Shown here one piece after another: positions 40,621-53,702 of a stretch of DNA of 64,000 nt. The position numbers were made by a program, and so were the translations under genes. The notes beneath the pieces are model-generated. The model saw only the letters and a program-made list of their open reading frames with translations. It ran no database searches and was not told the DNA's origin. This DNA is from Schmidtea polychroa (taxonomy: Eukaryota). Each line of letters starts with the position of its first letter. Position 1 is the first letter of the stretch. The stretch covers positions 232,314,001 through 232,378,000 of the forward strand of contig CM097885.1 in NCBI GenBank assembly GCA_044892525.1, in the 5' to 3' direction.

Positions 40621-43115
40621 TTTAAATTTAATTTCAAATTTATCCATCAGCTTGTTCCAAAGATTCATTTCGGTAACATATTACGAGCAACATTAGCATA
40701 TAAAGTTGCACTTAACAATATTCTTTTGTCAAAAATTTAATATAGTTCCTTACATTTGATTTTTGTTATTACACTTTCAGATTCAGTTACATTTTCGTCG
40801 ACACGGATTAATGAAATGAAATTTATTTCAAATTTTTATATTATTGTAAACTAAAGGATTTTGTGCAAAATGGCACAATTATAACGATATCTACAACGCC
40901 TTAGAGTTAGTCTGCATCCATTTTTAAGAATGAAGTTAGATTAAAATATATGATATTACACCATTATTAAATTGAATCGGCTAAAAGTAGGTAATTGTAC
41001 ATCATATTCACTTGTCATTTTTGTGGCTTATAGAAAACACACTAAAGCCCAACTAACTCAAAATTATGGGATTATTTGTCTTTTTTTATATGTGGATAGA
41101 ACCGGATGTATTTTGCATTTGTTCCGTAGTGCATTCATCGGATAGTGTACGCATTTGTCTACTTACACCAGATTAAATATGGAAATGTTCTATTTGAAAG
41201 ATTATTTGCACATTTTATCACGAATAAATTCCTATTCGTCTCATAATATTAATTCACTTTCAATTTTTAATTTTTTTAGAAAGCGGTTTTACGTTGGTTG
41301 CTTATAAATGAACTTCATTGTATTAAAAATTTTCTAGGCATATATGAGTTAGGGTTATTAGTTACATAATGTTTGTGAATAATCCCAATTTCACAGAAAT
41401 GTTCCTCATACTATTTAGTAGTTCGATGCATTTCAAAATTATTTAATTATATTATGTAATAATAATATTAATGAATATATAAACACACGTGACCAAAGCA
41501 AATAAATTCCCACAGATTAACGCACACAAATTGATTAATATAGTATAATTTAAATAAAATTATCTTTTAAAAAGTATTAGTAAAAATTAAAAAAAAATTA
41601 TGAATTCATTTAAAAGTGTTAGACAACAATTCAAACAATTGAGAGATATTTATCAAATTATTTCAATAAAAGTATCAATAGAATAAATCGAGATTTTTTT
41701 CCATTTATTGCGGTAATCTATTGGAAGTGAAAAATTGACATGCGTGATAAGCGACGACAAAATTCATGAGTAGAAAATTGGGGAGTTATCAATAATTTAT
41801 ATTATAAAATCGCTACTTTTTATTTATTATTAAAAGTACAAAAAATATTTATTTTATTGAATGATAAATTAACTGGATACTCGTAAAAATAGAAACATCT
41901 AAAAATATTATTAATATTTATATTAAAATTTATATATTTACACTTCAAATATATTTATATACTTTTTTTAAGTTTTGTACTTTTTATTTGTTTTCGGACG
42001 ATTTCTTCAGGAGAATATTATTTAATTAACAATATATAAAATATATATTTAAAATGAGCTTTTTGACCATCACCTGTATTTTTATTAAGAGGTGTCAGAG
42101 CCTCTTATTTTTTCATCAAGTAGGCAGCAAAAAATAGTTTGTAAACCATTTTGTAAGGAATACTCAGAAAATTCAATGTTTTTAAAGATTTTAAAAAACT
42201 TAAGTCCGATATTTTTGTTTTCGTTTTATTATAGACCAATCAGTCTGTTACTAAGAATTGTAGAAATGAAATATAATGCCAAATTAAATTTCTAAATTAA
42301 ATGTAAAAAATGTTTATTAATAAATGAAATTTTTCGATCAATGGTGAAAAATGGTAGCTTTATTTATAACTTTGGACACTATAAAATCATCTATCATCGG
42401 CTGAGTCTGAAGTACTGATATGCTTATATCTGTGGAGGGTGATAATGGGATTGGCATGGTATTTGAGTGCCAAGATACCGGAAAATGTTCAGAAATTTTC
42501 TAAGGTTGGTTAAAAATCCTTGAAACTAGTACGAGAATTTTAAGTGAGAAAAGTTTACCTGTTCAAACCCTTTTTATGTACGAAATCTACATTGTTTTAT
42601 TTACTTTCAGTGCATTATAAATATAAATACATAATAAATAAATGACCAAAATGGTGAAAATATAATAGAAAACCACATTAGCCAGCTCTCAAACACAAAA
42701 TTTTGGCACAGCCTTATTTAAAGAAACTTTTAAAGCTATGTTTGGATTTTATTTGAATTTACTGATAAATTATCATCTGAAAAAAATAAAAGAAAATTTT
42801 TATTTGATTACTGGTAAAAACATGTAAAATTACTTTTGCTACCTTATTCTCTTTGCAATCTGTATTATACACATGGTGTAAATTTTGAAACAANNNNNNN
42901 NNNNNNNNNNNNNNNNNNNNNNNNNNNNNNNNNNNNNNNNNNNNNNNNNNNNNNNNNNNNNNNNNNNNNNNNNNNNNNNNNNNNNNNNNNNNNNNNNNNN
43001 NNNNNNNNNNNNNNNNNNNNNNNNNNNNNNNNNNNNNNNNNNNNNNNNNNTATTTATTTTTATTATTAATAGTTATTTTATTCTTATTAATTTTTATTAA
43101 TCATTATTGTTTTAC

Positions 43116-43874
43116 CTGAAGTTGAATTATTTCGAAATTTTTGCTTTTTAATTTCTGTCTCAATTTTTCAATAAAATGAGTGGCTTTGTTGATAAGATTT
43201 TGGTTGTTGATTTCATTCATTGATAATTTATTGTTGACGACTTGTAGAATTTTCAGTTGGTCCATGTGGCCATTGGGTTTTGTGGCATCTAAATACTTAT
43301 ATATATCGTATTCTCGTTTTTTCATTTTCTGATCGAGATCATTTGGAGTTAATCTGACTCCCGAATCACCACTGGGACTTTGCTGAGATTCAAAATTATG
43401 TTTATTGAAAGAGTTTTTGCTTGGAATCGGAGATGTTGGCCGTAAACTTTTCGGGCGAACGCAATTTTCAGAAATCGTTGCGCGTGACATTTCATCAATC
43501 AATTTTGGTGGATCGCTTTCTGAATATTGGGAAAACGAATCTTCGCAGGACTCTTTTCCAATAGTTGAGTCATTATAAAATGATCGATCATTTGAGGCAG
43601 AATATGTGGAGAAACTCCTTATTAAACCGTTTGAATACAGTTTTGATGTATACTCGTCATAAGGTGGAGGTTTGGGTCTGGATATTAATCCGTTATGACC
43701 CGAGGAATTTGATGAATGAACTGAACCAGCATCCAGATAATTAATGTGATCATGAAACGATCTTGAAATATTATTTTTTGAAGAGTTGTTTCCATTGAAA
43801 TTTCTTAGTCTTTCATGTTTTTCACTTCTAACCGTTGGAAAACAGAGCATATAATTATTTTTCTTTTTGCTCAT
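43116..43874 (-). CDS. LZTS: First (or first visible) coding exon of the LZTS-like gene
   Basis: 253 open Ser/Pro-rich codons (SPSGDSG) ending CAG|GTAAAA. The spliced join KSKNFEIIQLQ|NRLKEHSEKLKIK resembles LZTS QKSGEISLLKQQLKESQ. Confidence 0.7.
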
Positions 43875-46518
43875 TAAATTTAAGAAAAAAATTTGAAATT
43901 AAATAGAAACGAAAATTTAATTTTGAATTAGTAACAAATAAATTTTTACTAATATTAGAAATATTTTTCTTAAATTCTAAATTCAAAATTCAACATTTTC
44001 ATAGTTTATAGAGTTTAGCAATTGAACTATTAAAACAAATTCCTTAAAAGTTCGTGAATAATTTTTATTTAAAATAATTTACATTTTTTATAAAATATTA
44101 ATTTAATTGTTAATTGTTAAGATTTTTATGTATATAAAACTTTTTAAATATTTTTAGAAAAATGTAAATATTTTAATGTGAAAGTTGATTTTAAACTTTT
44201 AAAATTATTAGACAATGTTCGTTCACGACACTATTTTTAATAAATCCTTAATAAATAATTATTTTAACCACAAGAATACATGAATTAACTGTGATATAAA
44301 GTTAAAAACTTGATGACTTCTAAATGTGTCATCCGTGAATGACCGTCCGTTGATGACTCCTAAATGTGTAATCCTTGTCATCCGTGGTGAAAAGGTAATA
44401 TTAGGAACGAGGATGTTAGTTTATTTAAATATATTCACATGTAGAGATGACATCACTATCCTTCTGCTTATTTTCAAATTAATTTTAATAATTAATATTT
44501 AATATGCAATTTTTTATTTGTAAATGAAAAATTTTTGGATAATATTTTTAAAATTTAAATATCTTAAATATTTATGTGTTCATATAGGTTTTTAACTATC
44601 ATATCTTTGATTGGTAGTCATGAACATCTAAGTGAAAATGCAATGGAAATTAGTTTTGGAAACTGAGCTTATCCTTCAATTGATTTGCAGCCATTTTAAG
44701 CAGTTGCAACATTGTTCTTAATGGCAGTAACCGTGGAAATAGATATGACTAGAAAGCTAGATCATTTGGTGTTTTTGGTCAACACTGAAGCTATGGAAAC
44801 GAAACAATATGTCAATGAAGAACACTAACAAGACGAATAAAGCAAAAAGTACTTTCATAAGCTTCACTCTTAAAAACTTTAAACATTAACAAACATTGCT
44901 CCAAAACATGAGATGCTTTGAACCGGTGAAAAAGTTTATTGTTTTGACACCTACGATATTGTAATTTTGCACTTTTCCACAATATTCTAATAATCATTTT
45001 CCAGTTAATTTTAAATCACTAGTTTAACTTTTAATGACTTAAAGAATTTAAAAATAAATTTTCCAAAATAAGAATTTCAAAAAAATATTTTGTGTTTAAA
45101 CATAAATTATTTTTTAAAAATTTTGAGAAAAAAAAGTATGGTAAAATATACTATGAAACTTTTTCAATAAGAGTATGATTCATCAATGTTTTTGTTAAAT
45201 GGACAGCCGAATTATTTGAAAAGTATGTATCAAAATACTAGGGGAGGAGGGTTAGAAAAAAAATATTTTGAAAAATTATAGTCATAATGTAATAAGTCTT
45301 ACCCTTCCTGTCGGGTTTGTTAATACTTGGAAAAATTGTTAAAACAAATTATGACTCTTATTTTCATCTGACATGACTTCTTTGAACACCTAAATGAGTC
45401 ATACCATGAATCACATTCCGAATGACATGTGCCAGAGGGCTCACATCGACCTACTAACATTTGATTATAGATTGATCTTTAACAGCATTTGATCGATATA
45501 TAAGGTTTAAATTTGAATACAATGATTCGGGAGTAGCAAAAATTAAGAACGAACTTGGAAGGGACAATGTTTTGCATATACCTTGTTATTTAAGTTTTGA
45601 AAAGGCCGTCAGACATTCGATAATACATCGTTACCTTCAAAATGAAATATTGATTCCACCTAACTGGTGCTATCATACATTGAAATCCAGAAACTCTCTG
45701 ACATTTAACAGATATCTACTTGTCCACAGTTAAATATTCCTTTTCAGACGTAATTTTATGCCAAATTGACCAAAGATTTTGAATGGAAGAAATCTTTTAA
45801 AATTTCACGACAGATAACGTTGTGGTCAAGTCGATATCCGATTTCCCATATAAATATATGACTTGACTACTTGATACATATTAACCACTATAAAACTGCC
45901 TTCTACATTCATTTTGGGTGGAAATTTGGGTTCGTTTTACTTATTTTGAACCAAAGTTTTGAGTTTCTAAAATAAAATGAAAGTTAACATGTAATACAAG
46001 TTTCATCTAATATGTGTTTTCAGATTGGCGAGAAACCCAGCATGGGAAATTTATATTATATTCTACGAAGAATAGTTAATGTTTTTTTTTTAATTTTCGA
46101 AATGGCATACAGCCATTTACGACGGCAGCGGTTTTGACGAATACAATGACATTTTTCTGAAAAAAGACTAACACTTTTGAAAAAAGAGGAAAGATTTTTA
46201 TCAATCACATATGAAAGGACGTTAAAATATTAGAAAATATCTTAATGTCTATCTTGGTTTCAATATCATCAGCAATATGTCGAATTGCAAATATTTTCAT
46301 ATCATCTTATGTTAGATTGTGACAAACTACATTTTTGCTAGCTTTTCGATTTTCTTCAGAAATTTCACTATTGAATAACTTTATCTTCGAGTTGACAGAA
46401 AAATATTAGGATCACTTGATAAATTTTGATAAATTTTTATGATATAATTCGGCATCGATTTTATCAAATTTTCGAGTTGCTTATATTAAAAAAGTGCCAT
46501 CAAAAAGTGACGTCGCTA

Positions 46519-48180
46519 TGAACGCTTCGCCGCCACAAGCGGGGGGCAAATCAAAAAATCGTCCCACGACGGGGGACAGATACTTAAAGAAGCCTCGCCT
46601 GGAAAATGAATTACCTGCAACCAAATTTATTATGCAATCAATTGAAGAAATTGCAAAAGAAAAAGAATAGAACTCAAGACCAGTGTTCATCAAACCAAAC
46701 CTGGAAAAAACTACCAACATTGATGTCACTAAAGAAAACTTCAGCATAATGAGGAAATTCTTCATTATTAACAGCATATACAAGCACCAATCGCCTGAAG
46801 ATCAGAAGAAATCAATAATAATATCAAAAGATATTATTAACTCTATAGATGGATACAATGAAATAACTATCAACTGGCAGAAAGTAAAAAATGAATTAAG
46901 AATCCCAGACAAAGAAAATATGGACAAAGAAAATAAAACCAACTCCGAAATTCCCGGAATTTAGAGATGAAAAAATAATAAGCATAATAGAACAAAAGCT
47001 CCTAAAGATAAAATTCGATAATGAAGATTTTGTGGCATTTTGTGAACGTTGCGTGGTGGAAGAAGCAGAAATCACTGAAATGATTGCTCCGATTGAGATG
47101 GAGACTATTACTTATAACAAAGACGGTCTGTACTTACCAAAAAACAATGAAATACTTCAATTTTATGATCAGGAGATCATTTATTGCAGTACCTAGAGGT
47201 CTCAACTTAAAGAAATATATACCATTCCATCAAAATAAGGAGGATAATAATACGCAAATAGTAAACCAAAAAGAAGAAAATGAAGCTAATCAAGAAATAG
47301 AGACAAATGAAAATGATCAAACAAAAACCCAAGCAGAAACTGTTCAAGAAGAAAATGATCAAACAGAAATTGCCAAAATCAATTGCCAAATAGAAGACAA
47401 ACACAAGGAAGATCTATTCCAATTAAAAGATGGACCAAATATAGACTGGTTGCAACCAAAGGAAGAAATAATACCAGAAAATGAAGATACAAAGAATGAG
47501 ACTAAAATCTCTATAAAAGAACTAGCAAACAAAACCCAAAATGAAAATGAGGACTCAAATGCCAAAAATAAAATGAAAAGAAAAAAGAAAAGAACAACAA
47601 TAAAAAGAAAAAAGAAAGAAAACAAATAAGAGCAGCCTTGATCAATGAACTTAAAGGCCCGTTAAGAGCCGGTTATGACATAGAATATCATCAAATGGAC
47701 GAAGAAATAAATATGAATAAAGAAATATTCAAAACACTAGAAGAAATAACAAAAGTAGTGTGCAATTACTCCATTGAAGATTTACGGAACTATTTTATAG
47801 AATCTATCAAAGAAGAATATGGAAATAATCAAAATGAAATAGATATTAATGGAAAGATCATTAGATATATGATAGAAATTGCCGAAAAGGACATCAAACC
47901 AATGAAACGTATAGTAAATGTGATTAGAAAAGAAGATCAAGAAATTAAATTATTAAAAGAAACTCAAAAGGAGAAATGAACCCCTCCAAATCACAACCCA
48001 AGAAACAATGAAAAGAAACTTACAAAATGAAAATTACCGATGAATTGTGGATTCATCTAAATGGTCACTTTGAAAACCCTTATGCCTACCTATTCAAGTT
48101 GCTGAATTTAAATATAAGGCACCTGGTAGGTTTAACCTTCACAATGGGGATACAATACAATGTATACCTAAAGTGACTTG
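46519..48180 (+). pseudogene. Decayed long ORF of unknown family (possibly a non-LTR retroelement ORF1 or N-terminal region)
   Basis: ATG at 46519 (MNASPPQAGGKSKNRPTTGDRYLKKPRLENE), then successive open stretches (46683, 47084 and 47638 ORFs) joined by isolated stops and frameshifts; E/N/K/Q-rich, A-rich strand. Confidence 0.5.
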
Positions 48181-48223
48181 AAGATAAAGCAATAGTAAAG
48201 ATATCTAAAAAATATCAATTAGT

Positions 48224-48540
48224 CTTTCTGACACCTCTTGCTACAAACTCTGTAAAAATCAAAAGGATCGATAGACCGCGCTTTCACGGTCTGTATTCGT
48301 ACTGAAAATCAAGATGAAGGAAGCTTTTCTCTTTTTAGTCAACACCAGGTTTCTGTCCTAGCTGAGATTCCCTTGGGACATCTGTGTTACCATTTGACAG
48401 ATGTACCGCCCCAGTCAAACTCCCCACCTGACACTGTCCTCAAAACAGTTCAATTGCATCTGAAGATCGCTATTTTTTCACTAAAAAAATTAACAAAAGT
48501 TAATTATACTTCATCATTGAGTAAGTAGAGAAATAATCTA
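48224..48540 (-). rRNA. Isolated, diverged 28S (LSU) rRNA fragment (pseudogenic)
   Basis: The reverse complement carries conserved LSU blocks GACAGTGTCAGGTGGGGAGTTTGACTGGGGCGGTACATCTGTCAAA, TTTTCAGTACGAATACAGACCGTGAAAGCG, TATCGATCCTTT and GCAAGAGGTGTCAGAAA; no other rDNA nearby. Confidence 0.93.
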
Positions 48541-48976
48541 AATACTGTACTATAATGTCATCATTCAATTTTAACATACCACAAATATTCAAACTTCTTT
48601 ATGTTAATTTTATGTACATTTATTAAAATAAATGTTATAACAATGTTATTTGTATATATCAACAAAATTATAAACTATTTCAAGGAAGAAGATATTAAAT
48701 TTGTTTATGTATTTATTTATTATAAAAATAAATCTAACATTGTATTATTGCAGACAAAAGTACAAAGTATTTAGGACGGATGTAATTTACATGAAATAAT
48801 TATGTTTTAAACATTTTACATCTACCTTTATTAAAGAAATGAAACTTTATATATTGTAATAGACTGGTAAAATAAATATTGCAGCAAGAGAAAATATAAT
48901 AAAACTGCGTTAAGATAAAGTGCCATAAATGTATAACTAGACGTGGAAATTTCATTTATTAAAAATCTTCACTATG

Positions 48977-49019
48977 AATCAGTAAATATATCAAAAAAAC
49001 ATCGATATATTTACTGATT
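48977..49019. repeat. Foldback family B hairpin copy
   Basis: aatcagtaaatatatc - aaaaaaacatc - gatatatttactgatt. Confidence 0.88.
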
Positions 49020-50267
49020 GATAATCAAGCTTTTTAATAAATACAATGTCATTCGAAAAGAAACCAGTTGTGAAATTTGAAAAAAGTTCTTATAAGACGT
49101 GGAAAGCCCATAAATGTGACATAGGTGAGTCAATAACTTATTAATCACTCGGAATAAATTTGACAATAGATATAATCGGTGATGTAAAGTCACATTATAA
49201 AAATTGATTTATCAGAAAAGGTTGAAAGGGCTCCAAGAGAAAAAATATGTTTGGAAAAACAAAATTTGTAATTTGTTTATTGTAACCAAAGTCAAAACCA
49301 ATGGGTTTCGGGCATCCATATTATGACAAAATAATTAATGGTACACCAGGGAAAATATTTATTAATTTGATTATTTTTTTAAATGATTGTTAAAATTAAA
49401 TTATTATTTACATTATTCGAGAATTTGAAAAACTTATAAAATTTATATTTTTACCGAGTATAGACTTAAACTTATTGACGGAAATATGTAATAGTAATAA
49501 AAAGTAACTTAGGTCATTTTTTTCCAAATTTATGACTAAATACTCTAATATTACAATAATAGCTTTTTATTATTAAATTTACTATTTTACACTAAATATT
49601 TCAATTTCGAAAACCAATATCATAATATGAATTATATTACTCTTTTCAATCAAAATAAATTAAATGTGAAATAATATTTGAAATAATATTCAAATACAAT
49701 TAAATTCTTTAATTTAAAAATGTAAATTTTATAAGTAAATGCAAATAAGAAATTATTTTTTTATCAGATATAGACTTTTTAAGCTTATTGATTAGGTAAT
49801 AGAAATAAAAAGTAACTTTTTTTCAAAAAGTCCTTTAATATTGTATTCTATTCATTATTAAATTTACTATTTTACACTAAATTTTTCGAAAGCAATTATC
49901 ATAAAAATAAAAAAAAACAATAATCAACCAAAATAATTTAAATGTAATACTCAAATATTTGTCTTAAAAATTATATCAAAATTAAATTAAATACTTCACT
50001 AATTTTAAGTAAAGTTTTTTAAAATTCTCAAATAAATGCTAACAAGATATTAATTTATTAATCATTATAGACTTTTTAAACTTATTATTGGAATAAAACA
50101 ATAGAATGATATTCAAAATATATACAATTTAAAAATATAATTAAAATTAAATTACATACTTTAAAAATTTGGTAAAATGTTGGTAAAATACCATTCACAG
50201 CTTGTTATGTAATAAAATAGTCACGGCTTGTTATGTAATAAACTAGTTTAAATTATATATCCTCCTC

Positions 50268-50465
50268 ACTTATATTTCCCCGATTCTCTATTTTCCACTA
50301 ATTATTATCACTTATATCCCCCGATTTTAAATTAATTATTCACTTATAACCCTCACCCCCGATATTTAATCAATTATATTCCTACGATTTTGATTAATTA
50401 TTCACTTATAACCCCGATATTTAATCAATTATATTCCGCCGATTTTGATTAATTATTCACTTAAA
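50268..50465. repeat. Degenerate minisatellite (cacttata...ccgat...aattatt units)
   Basis: Direct reading of repeated cacttata and cccgatatttaatcaattatattcc blocks. Confidence 0.8.
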
Positions 50466-51044
50466 ACATCCCCACAAATATTTCTTTTAAAAGTTTTTTT
50501 TATTAAATTTATGATTTTTATGAAATAATTTTAAATAAATTCAATTAATATATTTCCATTCTTATCAACCTTCATCTTATCTATGCCCCTTCTCAGTATT
50601 TACCTCCCATGATCCATAATGAATTATTCTACGAATTATTTTCACCCATTTGAATTTATCATCGAGTAATGAATAATTTCCTCACTTTAATGAAGATTCT
50701 TACCGCATTCATTGTTAATTTTATCAAAGTTTAAAGAATATTTCTCTTTCCATTTTACATTGCTTACCATTTTAGAATTTTTATCGAAATTTATGATAAT
50801 TTTACTGATTCAATGATAAATTTGAAAGAGTTAATTCGTTTTATTATATATATATATATATATACTCTGAGTTTATCCGACAAAATATTCTGTCACAAGG
50901 GTACTACTCACATTCAACATGTCGCAAGGGTACTGATCATAAAGGTATTTAATACTTTTATTTGAATGATTATTTAGGCAAATTTGTTGTTTAAGGCATT
51001 CATTGATAATTTTTAGAGTTGATGGTTTTAGTAAATATTCAAGT

Positions 51045-51190
51045 AAATTTCTATCATTTTTGTGAATTTTTACCGTTTTTTTGTGAATTTCTATTATTTT
51101 CATGAATTTCCGTAATTTTTAGTGAATATCTGTAATTTTTGTGGATATCTATCATTTTCGTGAATTTCTATCATTTTTGTGAATTTCATG
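51045..51190. repeat. Degenerate minisatellite of about 19-20 bp (ttttgtgaatttctatcat)
   Basis: Direct reading. Confidence 0.8.
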
Positions 51191-52369
51191 TTTATTGAAT
51201 GAATATTTAAAAATTTAATGCTAATTCTAAGGTAAATTTAATTAATTTCTTGATAATTGAATGTATTTTTATTGACTTGTTTTTAAATTTTAAATAAAAA
51301 TTTATTTTTAATGAAGTTAATAATTAGAGTTTGTACAACAATAGGATAAATTTTGATGAGGATATTGAATAATTTTCTAAGAATTTCATGTTGACTGATT
51401 AAAAATTTAAAGTTTTAATGGTGATAAATTTAATTGATAAATTTAATTAATTTCTTGATAATTAGGTTAATAATTAAGTGATAGAATAAATTTTCGATGA
51501 TAACTTTGTAATATATTTGACTAAATAATTTTTTCAATAATTTTCTAAGAATATTTACAAATTGATGAACTTTAAAAAACATAAGCTAAGAAACCAGTTA
51601 ACTTTATCAAGGACTTTAAATTTACTTGATAATTATTGTAGGATATACAGAAATTTAGTTTGCTGTTACTGCTTGAAAATGGTTGGTTGAATAGCTGAAG
51701 AATTATATATCATCTCCAGTTAGGTATTTGATGGTAAATATTTGTAGAAACTTTTAGTGAAGTTTGATCTTTTAGCGGGCTCTTATTATTTAGCTTCTAA
51801 ATTATTTCAATGGAAGAATGTCTGGTGTCTATAACAATTAATTAAAAGTCATATTTTTGAAGGGAAACAATTTATTTAAAACAGAAAATTATTAAGGGTG
51901 ATTATTATTTCTGAATACGCACTTTTGATACCTAACACCGAAATTGACCAGCCTAATTGAATAATTTAATGTGTTTATTGGTAATATTTCATCAAAACGC
52001 ACATTTTAACCCAGTAATGCAAAAAGAAAACTACGCGTAAAAATTACTTTTTAATCGTTATTTATTATGACATATTGTGTAATTTATTGTCAATGTACTT
52101 TGTGATCTTGTTATTTATTTGAAATTAACGAATATGATGAGTCAGTAGCCAACAGACAATAATTATTAATTAAAATAACAATATTTTTAACTTAATTTTT
52201 ATATAATTTTAATATAAATAAATTTCTGTATGGTAATTGTATTGTGGCCTTTGATGTTTCTGATCCCAAAACAATATCATGTTATCCATTATAGATATTG
52301 TGTATGAATGCCTGTAGTTGGTTTGATAAATGTTTGGGTTACATCAGTATTTATTATTTATTCAAGAAG

Positions 52370-53281
52370 TTTATTGTACATTTTTTCTCTATTAATTCTT
52401 TTTCACTCTCCTCACTGATTTGTCTTTCATGTAATAATTCGTTGTGTCTTTGCTTACATCCGGTAACCTTGCAGAAAGATTCTTTACGACATTCCTTGGC
52501 CATGTGATTTCTTTTGAAGCAATTCCTGCACAGTTTCTTTTCTTCGATGACTTTCTTCCTTTTTGAACTTGTGAGTAGCTTGAACCTAATCCAACAAATA
52601 TGTCAAAATCCTTCAAATCTCCTTCTCGAATTGGCCTGAATTTGTTTATCTCCTTTAACATTGATAAATATATCCTTTCATCCCCACCATATCGCCTATC
52701 CAACTTTTCTTTAGCCATTTGATAGGCCTCTGCCGAATATCCTAGGTTTTCAATTAACTTTAATGGCTCTCCGTGAAGGTACTTGTGCAGGTGAAACATC
52801 TTTTCAACCTCATCACCTTCCGCTTCGTTAACACACGCCGTAAAAGCTGCTTTCCATGGTTCGTACTTTTTTATCTTGCCTTCAAAGACAGGTATTGTAA
52901 TTTTTTGTAGACTTTTCAGTTTTCTTTTATGCACTGAATTATTTTTCTTGATTGTATCATCATTAACATTTTCTTTCTCTTCCATAAAAGATTGATTTGC
53001 TTTTCTTTCCATCAGTGCCCCAATTATTTCATGTTTTCCCTCGATCTCTTGCAGGTCTTTATCTAAGATTGCAGTGATGTCTAATCTTTGCAATTTTTTA
53101 CTGATCGTCCTCAGATCCCCTAATTCTTCATCTAGACTCTCCTTTTGATCTTCATATTCCTCCAACCATTCGCTAACTTCTTCCCATTTATATCATTGAG
53201 AATCTTGTTTCTCAATCTCGTTAATTTTCTTTTTTTCATTCTCTTTTTCGACAGTCCTTCTTCTAAAATCTCTTCGTCATT
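52370..53281 (-). mobile_element. gag: BEL/Pao Gag, internally deleted: N-terminal coil, DUF1759-like core and Cys/His knuckles
   Basis: KITIPVFEGKIKKYEPWKAAF...EKMFHLHKYLHGEPLKLIENLGYSAEAYQMAKEKLDRRYG; in another frame LCRNCFKRNHMAKECRKESFCKVTGCKQRHNELLH (about 52530-52429), typical of BEL/Pao. Confidence 0.92.
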
Positions 53282-53539
53282 GCCACTGCACAGCCTGAGT
53301 GACAAATGAAGTGTCGAACATACTTGTATTCTATAATCGTTCAATATTCTTTTATTTTCTAATTGCTTTCCTGCGTTTACTAACATTTGATAATTTACCG
53401 GAATTCCTTCTTTGTCTTGAATTTTTCCTTTTACCTTTTCAATCGTGTCATTCAATTCAACGTCAATAGTAATTGTCTTACCAGTCAGAGTTTTGATAAA
53501 TATTTGCTTCCTACTTTTCCATCGAAACTCAAAACCCAT
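53282..53539 (-). CDS. Divergent ubiquitin domain running into the Gag N-terminus
   Basis: [18 protein letters not shown]...[12 protein letters not shown]; 52/76 identical to canonical ubiquitin by manual count. An in-frame ATG lies at 53539; the Ub Met1 position reads AAG. Confidence 0.95.
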
Positions 53540-53574
53540 TACCCCGCTGGCCCTCACCCTTGACTTAGCTCGCA

Positions 53575-53702
53575 AAAACGCTGAGCTTTTTATTTTCTTT
53601 TTTTTACACTGTTCCCCTGGCTACCCGCTTTAACAAGTGCTGGAGCTTATAGCAGCACTTTTTCACGCTCGATAGGGAAGGGAGGATGGTTAATTTTACA
53701 GA
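53575..53702 (-). promoter_or_regulatory. GC-enriched spacer with LTR-like order TGT...TATAA...AATAAA...CA
   Basis: Minus strand: TATAA (53651-53647) inside the loop of an 8-bp inverted repeat (53635-53660), AATAAA (53594-53589). No second LTR copy seen. Confidence 0.35.

Noticed and set aside
46519-48540. Calling the decayed ORF plus 28S fragment an R2/R5 insertion
   Set aside because: The ORF is antisense to the 28S piece, the fragment does not include the R2/R5 target site, and no RT or RLE motif is visible.
50268-51190. Repeat arrays as CRISPR-like structures
   Set aside because: Eukaryotic context, degenerate units and no unique spacers; ordinary minisatellites.
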